A program made the position numbers and the translations under genes. Below, in pieces: positions 11,891-20,828 of a stretch of DNA of 64,000 nucleotides. The notes below the pieces were generated by a model that did no database searches, was not told the DNA's origin, and was given only the letters and a program-made list of their open reading frames with translations. The stretch's first letter is position 1, and each line of letters starts with the position of its first letter. The stretch lies in NCBI RefSeq assembly GCF_949298305.1, contig NZ_CASFWU010000006.1, positions 3,507-67,506 on the forward strand. The letters run 5' to 3'. This DNA is from an uncultured Bacteroides sp. GTDB lineage: Bacteria; Bacteroidota; Bacteroidia; Bacteroidales; Bacteroidaceae.

Positions 11891-14020
11891 TTAGGGGACG
11901 GCCACTTCCCAACGGAACACGGTGCCGTCCTTGCGGTCGGGCACGGTGCCCGGCCAGTCGGCCGAATAAGGTTCGCCCGTGTCGGGGGCAGCTCCCACGT
12001 AGCGCTGGGTTTTCAGCGAGAGCAGCATACACTGGCCGTAGAGCATGTCCTGCCACTGGAAGAGACTGCCTTCCGTTTCGTTTCTGGTCAGGCGGACATC
12101 GGCCGAAAGCCCGGCGCCCACCACCGTCACGAAGCCGGTGCCGTTCAGGGCTTCCAGCGCCACCCGTCCCTGACCGCGGTCGTGAACGCGGAAGCGGCAA
12201 CCATCGCCATCATAGTCGCGGCTACCCTTTCCGGCGGCATGCAACATGCCGTGCGGATTGGCCCAGGCGCGGTTTCCGTTGCCCAGATTGGTCAGCGTGA
12301 TGACCTTCCCCAACGGGAGGTTGCCCGAACGGTCGGCCATAGGCTCTTCCACGCTGAAGTTGTCAAACTCGGCATAGCCGCCTTTCTTCCCTTTCGTATT
12401 GTAGGCAAACAGCGCATAGCGTGTACCCTGGAAAGTCTTCAGCTGATAGGGCATCAGGACGTCACCGCCTATTTCGGTAAACTCCTTGCCGTCCAGGCTG
12501 TAGCTGAAACGGGCAGAGTCGGCGTCAAAGTCGCCACGGATGCGCAGATAGACTTTCTTCGCCTTGCCGGACCATGCGCCGCCCTCCAGGGAGACGTCCT
12601 CGGTCTTGTCCCCTTCCTGCATGCGGAAGCGCAGAGCCAGATTCTTGCCGTCGCAGACCATGCCCAGCCAGGCATACGGCATGTTCAGCAGGCCCAGGCC
12701 GGCGGCGTCACCGTCCTTCAGGCGGGAGCAGTCCAGCTCCACCGTAGCCACGGACACCGGCCCGATGCCCCGCTGGGTCAACGTATTCCGGGCCCAGAGG
12801 AAGTCCTTGGCGGGCAACGTATGCAAGCGCAGCCTGCCCTTGGCCAGCGCCCACTTGCCGGCCACGGGTTCGTGGTTCCACTGCCACACGGGCAGCAGTT
12901 CCTTGCCGTCGAAGCCGTCGCTGCGCTGATAGGGCGCGTGAGGCTCCACCTTGGCAGCCACATTGGGCTTCACCCACGTGCGGGGCGAGCGTCCCAGGTT
13001 GCCGGGCAGGCCGAAGTAGGGCCATCCGTCCACCCACGTGACGGGCGACAGGCAGGTGGTGCGGCCCACCGAGCGGAAGTCGGTCATGGAAAAGCCCCAC
13101 CACTCGCCGTTGGGCAGGTCTACGATGCCGCCCTGGTGCAGGGGGACGGCAGCCAGGTAGTTTCCTTCGGGATGGGAGATGTCGAACCGGAACCCGTCTT
13201 CGGGCACCGGCCGGCCCAGACCCACATTGTTCACCGAGTGGGAGCGCATGGTGCCGAAGGTTTCCTTGGCACTGATGGTCACCGTCTCGTAAGGGCCTTC
13301 GGGACGGTCGGCACGCGCGCACTGCATGCGGCCCACGGGCGAATAGTTGGCGCTGATGATGTAATACTTACCATTGATTTTATAGAAGTGATGCCCCTCG
13401 CCCATGGCGTTGCCGGCGGGGATGATGAGGCGTTCGCTGCCCTCGACATAGCCGCTGAAGTCGGGCTTGATTTCTATCAGATGAACCTCGTCGTACTTGT
13501 AGACGGCATAAATCTTGCCGTTGTCGTCAAACAGCACGGAGAGGTCGTAGATGTTGCCCCCCATATTGATGTGCTTCCACGGCCCGGCCGGATTTTCGGC
13601 TATGAAGACCTGCATGCCGTGGCCGTTGATGTTTGAGAAAATGTAGAACTTGCCCTCGTGATAGCGGATGCAGGGGGCCCAGATGCCCTGTCCGTAGGCC
13701 TCCTGTCCGTTTTCCAGGCGGAACTCGTCGCCCATGTCCAGCTTGTCGAAACAGTAGCTGAGGAAGCGCCAGTTCACCAGGTCCTTGGAGTGGAGCACCA
13801 CCAGTCCCGGCATGGCGTGCATGGTTGTCCCCGCCAGGTAGAAGTCCTCGCCCACACGAATCATGTCCGGGTCGGAAAACTCGTCGTAAAACAGCGGATT
13901 GGTGTAGGTGCCGTTGCCGTTGTCGGCCGTCCAGGAAGCGGCGGACGGGGTTGCGGCACTCTGTGCAAGCAAGGCCGCACAGCTCAGAAGAAAAAGAAAG
14001 GCGGACAGGAGTGTTCTCAT
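11891..14020 (-). CDS. GH43 (subfamily 10-like) beta-xylosidase/arabinofuranosidase with GH43_C2 domain and extra C-terminal domain
   Basis: YTNPLFYDEFSDPDMIRVG, GIWAPCI, YDLSVLFDD, GEGHHFYK, HQGG, WQWNH. Confidence 0.9.
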   Translation of the reverse strand: MRTLLSAFLFLLSCAALLAQSAATPSAASWTADNGNGTYTNPLFYDEFSDPDMIRVGEDFYLAGTTMHAMPGLVVLHSKDLVNWRFLSYCFDKLDMGDEFRLENGQEAYGQGIWAPCIRYHEGKFYIFSNINGHGMQVFIAENPAGPWKHINMGGNIYDLSVLFDDNGKIYAVYKYDEVHLIEIKPDFSGYVEGSERLIIPAGNAMGEGHHFYKINGKYYIISANYSPVGRMQCARADRPEGPYETVTISAKETFGTMRSHSVNNVGLGRPVPEDGFRFDISHPEGNYLAAVPLHQGGIVDLPNGEWWGFSMTDFRSVGRTTCLSPVTWVDGWPYFGLPGNLGRSPRTWVKPNVAAKVEPHAPYQRSDGFDGKELLPVWQWNHEPVAGKWALAKGRLRLHTLPAKDFLWARNTLTQRGIGPVSVATVELDCSRLKDGDAAGLGLLNMPYAWLGMVCDGKNLALRFRMQEGDKTEDVSLEGGAWSGKAKKVYLRIRGDFDADSARFSYSLDGKEFTEIGGDVLMPYQLKTFQGTRYALFAYNTKGKKGGYAEFDNFSVEEPMADRSGNLPLGKVITLTNLGNGNRAWANPHGMLHAAGKGSRDYDGDGCRFRVHDRGQGRVALEALNGTGFVTVVGAGLSADVRLTRNETEGSLFQWQDMLYGQCMLLSLKTQRYVGAAPDTGEPYSADWPGTVPDRKDGTVFRWEVAVP

Positions 14021-14047
14021 ATATTTCCCAATTTACATAAACTCCTA

Positions 14048-14113
14048 CAAAGGAAAACATCTTCTGCCAATCTGCCCAAAAAGTATGTTACAAATATATT
14101 TGCTGACGTTACA
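14048..14113 (-). promoter_or_regulatory. Promoter of GH43_10 operon with HTCS-type direct repeat
   Basis: TGTTACA (14086) and CGTTACA (14107) are 21 bp apart; a degenerate -7 box TTCCTTTG (minus strand) lies at 14048-14055. Confidence 0.6.
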
Positions 14114-14185
14114 CCACCCTATAAACAGGTGATACTGGGGCCTCCAGCCCCCTGTATCCGAGGCATCCGCATTTCGTTTGGCGGA

Positions 14186-14281
14186 TGCTTGCATGGTGTT
14201 TGCACCGTGCTTGCATGGTCCGCAGACCGTGCTTGCATTGCCGACGGACCATGCAAGCATCCTTCAGAAGCCATGCAAGCA
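14186..14281. repeat. 22-bp-period TGC(TT/AA)GCA array, 5 units, orientation flips mid-array
   Basis: TGCTTGCA at 14186, 14208, 14230; TGCAAGCA at 14252, 14274. Confidence 0.9.
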
Positions 14282-14517
14282 TCTTCCGTACGAGGGTCAT
14301 GCCGCACAGGCGAGGGCGCTTTATACGACTTTTCCAGAATAGCAGAAAGTGGAGCAAGGAGTACAGGAAATGCCACTGCGGCCCCCGGCCTGACTCAGAC
14401 GGTCCAGGAGAGGATGACGGCTCAAGCTGCCCCCTCGGGCAGGTCTCCATCAACGGTGGGTCCGTCTGCTTCGCGACAGGGCTTTCCCCCCGATTGCACA
14501 CACAGGCAGGCGACCGG

Positions 14518-14598
14518 AAAAAGAAACGGGCTGCAGGCTGCAGGCGGTGCCTGCCCCCCTCAGGGAGAGGCACCGGTCTTGGCAGCTTGCAGCCCGTT
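14518..14598 (-). terminator. Long nested hairpin downstream of GH146 (rho-independent terminator-like)
   Basis: aacgggctgca-g-gctgc (14525-14541) / gcagc-t-tgcagcccgtt (14582-14598), inner ggtgcct/aggcacc, preceded by an A-tract on the + strand. Confidence 0.6.
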
Positions 14599-14617
14599 GT
14601 CCACAGCCAGCGGTCTG

Positions 14618-17020
14618 TTACTTCGCGGCGGGCTTTACCAGGCGGATGTAGAAGACGCCACCGGCAACCGTACCCGGCCGGCTGCGGAAGGTGACGGTGA
14701 CAGACTGCTTGCCTTCCAGCATATCGGCCGGAATGGGATACTCTACATTCACCAGTTCCTGCTTGTTCCACTTGCCTACCAGGTTCTCCTCGGCCAGCTG
14801 GCGGCCGTCTATCAGGATGTCGAAAGTGCGGTCGGCCGTCTCGTTGCCCCAATAGCGCACCATCAGGGTGAGCTGCTTCTCGCCTCCGGTCAGCATGTTG
14901 TACTGGAAATATCCGCCGTCGCGGGCATCGCGCCAGGGCTCGCCTTCGAAGACTCCGGTATTCGACTTTTCGTACTTCAGCTGATGGTCTACCTCGGGCT
15001 GCTGCTCGGCCGTGGCCACAGCGTCTACCGTGCGGCGGTCCAAATCCAGCTTGCGTTCTTCGGCCTCACGGGCAGCCTGCTGGTAGTCGGCATACTCCTG
15101 GTCGGTCATGGAGAGCCAGTACATCATGTAGCGGCAGTCGTGCAGGCGGAAGAAAGGCTCCAGCTGCAAGTCCTTGTAGCGTTCGGTAAAGAGTCCCGGC
15201 ACCGTATAGCAGAGCGGTTTGCCCTCTACGGGCTGCATGGCCTCCAGCTTGGCCTGTATGGTCTGACGGTCGCCGATGATGAACGGCGTATCGAAGATGG
15301 ACACCAGCGGACCGTGGGCAATGTGTGCCCAGCGTCCGTCGTCGGCAATCAGTCCGTCCAGATGGTCGGTACCCATGTTGGCTCCCAGCAAAATGGGACC
15401 GCGCATGATGGCAATGTAGTTGGGCACATTGGGCAGTTCCTCCACCGTCACCTTCATGGGGAGGGTGATGTCAATGACGTCGCCGTCCTTCCACTTGCGC
15501 TCCACAGCCACGTAGCTGGAAGGCTGCGTGCCGGCAGCATAGTCGGTGCCCTTGCACTCCACTTTCATCTTTCCTGTTTCGCTCCACCAGGGATGGCGTA
15601 TCAGCAGGCGGGCTTTCACGGGTTTCTTCACGTGGACGGTCAGGCGGACGGTCTCGGCATCGGGAAAGGAGGTTTCCTGCGTCAGGGTCAGTCCCTTCTC
15701 CTTCCATTGCAGCTCGGAAGCCACAAACAAGTTGATGTAGAGGTTGTCTCCGTCGTAACTGTAGATGAACTCGCCGTACTTGCCGTGGTTCTCCATGCCG
15801 GTACCCACGCAGCACCACATGGCGCTGTTGGGCGCGGAGTAGACACGGTAATGGGCCGGACGGGCGGAGGTGAAGTAGACGTAGCCTCCGTGTTCGGGGT
15901 GTTGGGTGGAGAGGATATGGTTGAACATGGCACGCTCGTAGAAGTCGGCATAGCGGGCTTCGGGCGTCATGCGGAAGAGTCCTTCGGTCAGTTTCAGCAT
16001 GTTGTTGGTATTGCAGGATTCAGGTCCCTCGCGGTCTTCCACGTAGCTCTTGCAGTCGGCGGCGGCGGCAAAATGCTCGCGGCGGCTGTTTCCGCCGATG
16101 GCCAGAGAGCGGTTGTTAACCACCGTCGTCCAGAAGAATTCCGCAGCGGTCTGATAGGTCTTGGCATCAGCCTCCTGTCCGGCCAGTCTGCTGAGTTCGG
16201 CAATGCGCTGGTAGCCCACCACCTTGGGCACCTGCGTATTGGCGTGCTTGTTGTCCAGGTTGTCCACACCGGCCGCCATGCTGTCCAGCAGCCAGTGGTG
16301 CGAGAACCGCTTGGCGGCATCCAGATACTTCAGGTCGCCCGTCATCTGGTAGGCATCGGCATAAACTTCGTCCATGCCGCCGAACTCGTTGCCCAGCATT
16401 TCTTCCATTTGCTGGTCGGAGAGCGGTGCAATGATGGTCAGTCCCCAGTCGCACAGGTCGAGGAACATCTGGCGGGCCTCTTCGCTGCCGCCGTACGACC
16501 AGGCGTCGCGAAGGCCGGCGTATGTCTTGTGCATGTTATACCAGGGCACCCAGTACTTCCAGACAATGCCTACGTTCCCCTTCTTGATTTCGTTCCAGGC
16601 GGTCATGCCGTTGGGCACACCACCTACGTATCCGTTGCCATGCTTCTGTTGGCAGCGTTTCAGTTCCGCAATCATGTAGTCCATGCGCCGCTTGCACTCC
16701 TCGTTTCCCGTAGCCGCGTAGTGGATGGCCAGTGCCGAAAGATAATGTCCGCCCACATGTCCGTCCAGGTCGGCCCAGTTTGAAAAGCTTTCGCCTTTGG
16801 GAGTCAGCCCGGCTTCCTTCAAGAAAGGCGCCAGCAAACGGTCTACGTCGTATTGCAGCAATACATTCACATTCAAATCACACGCCCGCTTGAAAGGGCC
16901 GTCCAGCAGTTTCACCTGTCCCAAAGGAAAAGTGTTGGTGTACAGCCGGTCCTGTGCCGAAGCGCCTCCAGCAAAGAGCGCCGCACAAAAGGCTGCCGCT
17001 AATAATGTTTTTCTGTTCAT
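14618..17020 (-). CDS. GH127/GH146 (DUF1680) beta-L-arabinofuranosidase-like cysteine glycosidase
   Basis: GHVGGHYLSA, NEFGGM, HANTQVPK, ESCNTNNM, WCCVGTGMEN (Zn/Cys ligands); signal peptide. Confidence 0.88.
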   Translation of the reverse strand: MNRKTLLAAAFCAALFAGGASAQDRLYTNTFPLGQVKLLDGPFKRACDLNVNVLLQYDVDRLLAPFLKEAGLTPKGESFSNWADLDGHVGGHYLSALAIHYAATGNEECKRRMDYMIAELKRCQQKHGNGYVGGVPNGMTAWNEIKKGNVGIVWKYWVPWYNMHKTYAGLRDAWSYGGSEEARQMFLDLCDWGLTIIAPLSDQQMEEMLGNEFGGMDEVYADAYQMTGDLKYLDAAKRFSHHWLLDSMAAGVDNLDNKHANTQVPKVVGYQRIAELSRLAGQEADAKTYQTAAEFFWTTVVNNRSLAIGGNSRREHFAAAADCKSYVEDREGPESCNTNNMLKLTEGLFRMTPEARYADFYERAMFNHILSTQHPEHGGYVYFTSARPAHYRVYSAPNSAMWCCVGTGMENHGKYGEFIYSYDGDNLYINLFVASELQWKEKGLTLTQETSFPDAETVRLTVHVKKPVKARLLIRHPWWSETGKMKVECKGTDYAAGTQPSSYVAVERKWKDGDVIDITLPMKVTVEELPNVPNYIAIMRGPILLGANMGTDHLDGLIADDGRWAHIAHGPLVSIFDTPFIIGDRQTIQAKLEAMQPVEGKPLCYTVPGLFTERYKDLQLEPFFRLHDCRYMMYWLSMTDQEYADYQQAAREAEERKLDLDRRTVDAVATAEQQPEVDHQLKYEKSNTGVFEGEPWRDARDGGYFQYNMLTGGEKQLTLMVRYWGNETADRTFDILIDGRQLAEENLVGKWNKQELVNVEYPIPADMLEGKQSVTVTFRSRPGTVAGGVFYIRLVKPAAK

Positions 17021-17307
17021 CAGTATTTCAACTATTGGTTTATTCCTTAATCATATTTCTTGCCCCTATACCCATAAGCCTCCGTGCTGCCCTCTCCACA
17101 CTAAAACAAGGCAGGGAACAAGCCTGTAGACCGCATGGAGGAAACGCCATACCACACCGGAACCCGCCCCAACAACAAAAACGCCGAAACAAGAAACAGT
17201 CCGACAGTCCCAGCCCCCATCATCGGAAACAGACTAAAACAGGAAACAGGACACATCGGATTTTCATCAGACTGATCGGTTCAACGACCGGGAAATAGGG
17301 ATAGCTA

Positions 17308-17369
17308 TTTGTGCATCCTGCACGTTCTTCACAGAACATGCAGGACTCAATTATTATAAAATGCACAAA
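17308..17369. other. Nested intergenic stem-loop downstream of GH10
   Basis: tttgtgcat / atgcacaaa outer arms enclose tcctgca-c-gttc / gaac-a-tgcagga. Confidence 0.45.
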
Positions 17370-17415
17370 CTACCGAATCCTACAAGAGAAAAAAAGAATC
17401 CGGTATCTCTTAGAA

Positions 17416-18531
17416 TCAGTTTTCTTTCAACAAATCAACGACAAAAGGCTTCGGCTGGTATTCGCGGTCGAAGAGCAGAGGATAATCCTTGCGTCCTCTC
17501 ACCGGGAAGCCGTTCTTCCAGGAATCGCCGTCACTCACGCCCCATGCAGTCACACGGCTGATGACATCGGAATGTTTAATGAAGAGGTTCATAAAATCGG
17601 CCATGCGGGCATTCCAACGCTGCGAAACGCTGTCGGGCAAAGCATCGGGATAAGGATTCAGGGCTTTGCGGAAAGCAACCGTATCGGCAATGTTGGCAGT
17701 ACGGTTCACTTCCGGCAGGGCGCTCATGTCCCATTCGGTAATCATCACCTTGGCACCTGTACCTGCAAATGCCACAATGCTCTTTTCAAACTCTGCCAGG
17801 TCGGGATAGTTCAGGCCGACATGTCCCTGCATGCCGATGGCATCCACGCGCAGGCCCTTGGCCTTCATGTCGTTCACCAGTTTCACAACAGCGTTCCGCT
17901 TGCCTTCAGCGTGCATGTTGTAGTCGTTGTAGTACAACTCGGCATCCGGGTCTGCTTCGTGTGCGTACTGGAATGCCAACGGGATGAACTCTTCGCCCAG
18001 AATCTGATAGAACTTGCTCTTACGGTAGGAGCCGTCTTCCATGATGGCCTCGTTCACCACATCCCAACCTTTCACACGTCCCTTGTAACGGCTGACAATG
18101 GTCGTAATGTGGTCTTTCATCCGCTGCTTCAACACTTCGGGAGAAACATCCTTTCCATCCTTATCCACACAAAACCAAGGAGCCAGCTGCGAATGCCATA
18201 TCAGGCAGTGACCCATCACAGCCATGCCATTCTTCTCACCAAAGTTTACAAATTCATCGGCTTGCTTGAAATCGTAACGGTTCTCCTCCGGATGAATGGT
18301 CTGACACTTCATACAGTTTTCCGCAACAACAGAGTTGAAATGCTTCTTCACTATCTTGACAGCATTCGTATCGCGCTCTGAAGATTGCCACACATTGACA
18401 GCAACTCCAATTAAGAATTTATCACCCAATACCGACTTCAAAGTCGGCTCCTCTTTAGCCACCGGTTTGGTAGCACAAGCGCTCATGACACTTCCCGCCA
18501 GCAACGCCCATAACAATGTTTTGCTTTTCAT
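17416..18531 (-). CDS. GH10 endo-1,4-beta-xylanase (lipoprotein signal)
   Basis: [21 protein letters not shown] (acid/base), YYNDYN, GMQGH, ITEWD (nucleophile); lipobox MSAC. Confidence 0.95.
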   Translation of the reverse strand: MKSKTLLWALLAGSVMSACATKPVAKEEPTLKSVLGDKFLIGVAVNVWQSSERDTNAVKIVKKHFNSVVAENCMKCQTIHPEENRYDFKQADEFVNFGEKNGMAVMGHCLIWHSQLAPWFCVDKDGKDVSPEVLKQRMKDHITTIVSRYKGRVKGWDVVNEAIMEDGSYRKSKFYQILGEEFIPLAFQYAHEADPDAELYYNDYNMHAEGKRNAVVKLVNDMKAKGLRVDAIGMQGHVGLNYPDLAEFEKSIVAFAGTGAKVMITEWDMSALPEVNRTANIADTVAFRKALNPYPDALPDSVSQRWNARMADFMNLFIKHSDVISRVTAWGVSDGDSWKNGFPVRGRKDYPLLFDREYQPKPFVVDLLKEN

Positions 18532-18559
18532 GGCTTAAAATAAACGATGTTGTTATTTG

Positions 18560-20518
18560 TTATTGTAAAGTAATTTGTTTAATCACAATAGGTTTCCCAC
18601 CAGTAGACCAGAAGCCGATAATGTACAGATGCTCGGGACTGATGCTCTCTCCATTGGCATCTTTCATCTGGTGTAAATTCACTACGACCTTTCGGGAAGA
18701 GCCGAAATCATATATGGCAGGTTCTGTCCAATAGCTGGTCTTGTCGAACAGGCGGAAAGAAACGCCGCATTCATTATCATTGCCCAACTCTACGGTCAGC
18801 GTCTGGAAAGCAGACAAATCCAGACCGTTGGCATACTCCCAACCTCCAAAGCCATACATTCCTGTCACCAGCGTGCGCGTTTCTTCATCGAAAGTACCTT
18901 CTTCCCAAATGGAAGGATTAAATGCATCCGCAGTCAATGTGAAGGGAGAGAGTACCGTAACATTCAGAGTGAGTTCTTTACTGCCACCGGAAGGCGACGT
19001 GTAAGCCACAGTGACAACCGCTTCGCCTTCTGACACGGCCACCAGTTTTCCAGTCTGTTCCACCTTCACTACACTTTCGTCCGAACTGGCAATGACAGCA
19101 TCGGCCGTCACCATCCGCTCAGAACCATCTGAGAATCCGGCCTTCACTTTGAGATAATTCACGTCGCCCATCTGCATACTTAAATCTCCAGCCAAATCCA
19201 TCAGTTCCAACCGTTCGAGTTCACCATTGATGACGACTCCCTCGGCATATTCTTTAAACCAATGGTACATAGCCCAAGGACAAGCCTCCGGATCGTTCAA
19301 GAAAGTATAGTTACCCGGTTCGCCCGGCACATCCTGAAATGCGGCCAACAAATCGGAACGGGTTGTGAAAAACAGCCACGACACATTGCCCGAATTATCG
19401 GCTATATACTTGAAGTTGGCACCAAAGCCAGCGCCACCGGCCACACCGGTAATGCTCTTGCCCCAAGTCATATCGGTATATTTCTTGGGAGCCCAGTCAA
19501 TCTCGGTCACCATGATGGGAGCGAAAGCCGCAACAGGACCCACCTGTGCATCCCATCCACGCTGGAAAGCCTCGTAACCGCCGCCCGACATGGTTCCTAT
19601 GCCCTCGCCGCTATCTTCTTCGGCATCACTTCCGTACCAGCCAGGATAGCAATGCACGGCGAAACCGATATTCTCGCCTTCAATGCGATGAGTGGCATAA
19701 CCGGCATAGGAAGACTGATAAGCCAACCCTGGCACCCAAATGATATTTTGGCTGCCATTTCCACGTATCTTATCCACAATAGCCTGGAAATACAATTTCA
19801 TATTAGCAAAACAGGCATCGCCGGTACTTCCCCAATTACCGTCAGTTCCCTTGATATTGACAGGCTCATTGGCCAATTCAAACATAATGCCCGAATTGTT
19901 TTTTATTTTACTGTGCTGAGACACGATGTCCCACACCTTCAACAGAAATTCCTGGTAAGTGTCACCCAACTCGATACCCTGATATCCATCTCCATTAGGA
20001 CACACACCGGGCGGACGCATCACCACATACATCCCTTTCGAAATGAAATATTCGGCCATCGGCACAAAAAGCTCATCCAGATATTTACGGAAGCGAAGTT
20101 CCGAAAAGCGCTCATGTCCTTCGTACCGGACATAAGGCAACGCTGTATCATCACTCCAATAGGGATCCAAGTGCATACGGACAAAGTTAAACCGCCAGCC
20201 CGCATCCAGAATGCCATCCACCATCGACTGGTTATAGTCCAAACAGGCCTGTACGTCATAATTGTCCCAAGCGTTGTTGTTAAAAAACGGACTATATGTC
20301 TGGGTAAAGCCATGAAGATTGACAATCTCTCCCTGTTCATTCTTCAGATAACGCCCTTCCACACGCAAAACAGGCAGAATATTCTCAACGGGCGTATCCG
20401 GTTCACCAGGCACTTCCGGAGTATCCGGTGTACCCTCTTCAGCAGGCATCTGGTCATCAGAACAAGCCCAGACCCCACAAAACATCAAAAACAAAAGTAA
20501 TTTGTATACGTTTCTCAT
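18560..20518 (-). CDS. GH5 (subfamily 21-like) endo-xylanase lipoprotein with Ig-like (Big_2) and extra C-terminal domain
   Basis: Lipobox VWAC; NLHGFTQTYSP, VRMHLDPYW, FELANEP, AVHCYPGWYG, IMVTEIDW. Confidence 0.88.
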   Translation of the reverse strand: MRNVYKLLLFLMFCGVWACSDDQMPAEEGTPDTPEVPGEPDTPVENILPVLRVEGRYLKNEQGEIVNLHGFTQTYSPFFNNNAWDNYDVQACLDYNQSMVDGILDAGWRFNFVRMHLDPYWSDDTALPYVRYEGHERFSELRFRKYLDELFVPMAEYFISKGMYVVMRPPGVCPNGDGYQGIELGDTYQEFLLKVWDIVSQHSKIKNNSGIMFELANEPVNIKGTDGNWGSTGDACFANMKLYFQAIVDKIRGNGSQNIIWVPGLAYQSSYAGYATHRIEGENIGFAVHCYPGWYGSDAEEDSGEGIGTMSGGGYEAFQRGWDAQVGPVAAFAPIMVTEIDWAPKKYTDMTWGKSITGVAGGAGFGANFKYIADNSGNVSWLFFTTRSDLLAAFQDVPGEPGNYTFLNDPEACPWAMYHWFKEYAEGVVINGELERLELMDLAGDLSMQMGDVNYLKVKAGFSDGSERMVTADAVIASSDESVVKVEQTGKLVAVSEGEAVVTVAYTSPSGGSKELTLNVTVLSPFTLTADAFNPSIWEEGTFDEETRTLVTGMYGFGGWEYANGLDLSAFQTLTVELGNDNECGVSFRLFDKTSYWTEPAIYDFGSSRKVVVNLHQMKDANGESISPEHLYIIGFWSTGGKPIVIKQITLQ

Positions 20519-20535
20519 GGTTTAATAGTTTGAAG

Positions 20536-20602
20536 CAAAAGTAGTGCTCCCATGCTATACATACAGCATATTTATGTTACAGAAACCTTTGTCTGTGTTA
20601 CA
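20536..20602 (-). promoter_or_regulatory. Promoter of GH5-GH10 operon with HTCS-type direct repeat
   Basis: -7 box TACTTTTG (minus, 20536-20543); TGTTACA at 20575 and 20596. Confidence 0.75.
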
Positions 20603-20722
20603 AAATGCTGTTTCCCCTTATTTTCAGCATAGAAAATCCAACAATCATCGTTCAGTAAAACGTTGAAACTCAAATTGAGCATCATTAAACACAGATATTG
20701 TATAGAAAACAAAATGGCAAAC

Positions 20723-20763
20723 AAAAAAACGCCCCCGCTACAAAACCAATTGCAACGGGGGCG
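20723..20763 (-). terminator. Rho-independent terminator of the susCDCD-xyn10 operon
   Basis: cgcccccg (20730-37) / cgggggcg (20756-63), with AAAAAAA immediately upstream on the + strand. Confidence 0.75.
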
Positions 20764-20828
20764 ACTCCTAATTCAAAGCCGTATGAAACGGCTTTCTCTC
20801 ATCTATTTAAGCTAACCCTAAGTCTGAC

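Noticed and set aside
8514-13636. Long plus-strand ORFs 8514-10265, 10306-12300, 11819-13636
   Set aside because: They fully overlap well-supported minus-strand CAZymes; stop-codon depletion is explained by high GC3 on the opposite strand.
13658-16783. 1,041-aa plus-strand ORF
   Set aside because: Antisense shadow of the GC-rich GH43/GH146 genes. It reads through intergenic repeats and has no recognisable motifs or signal.
17100-17270. Loosely recurring GAAACAG words in the GH146-GH10 gap
   Set aside because: No fixed spacing or extended identity; compatible with local purine/A-C skew.
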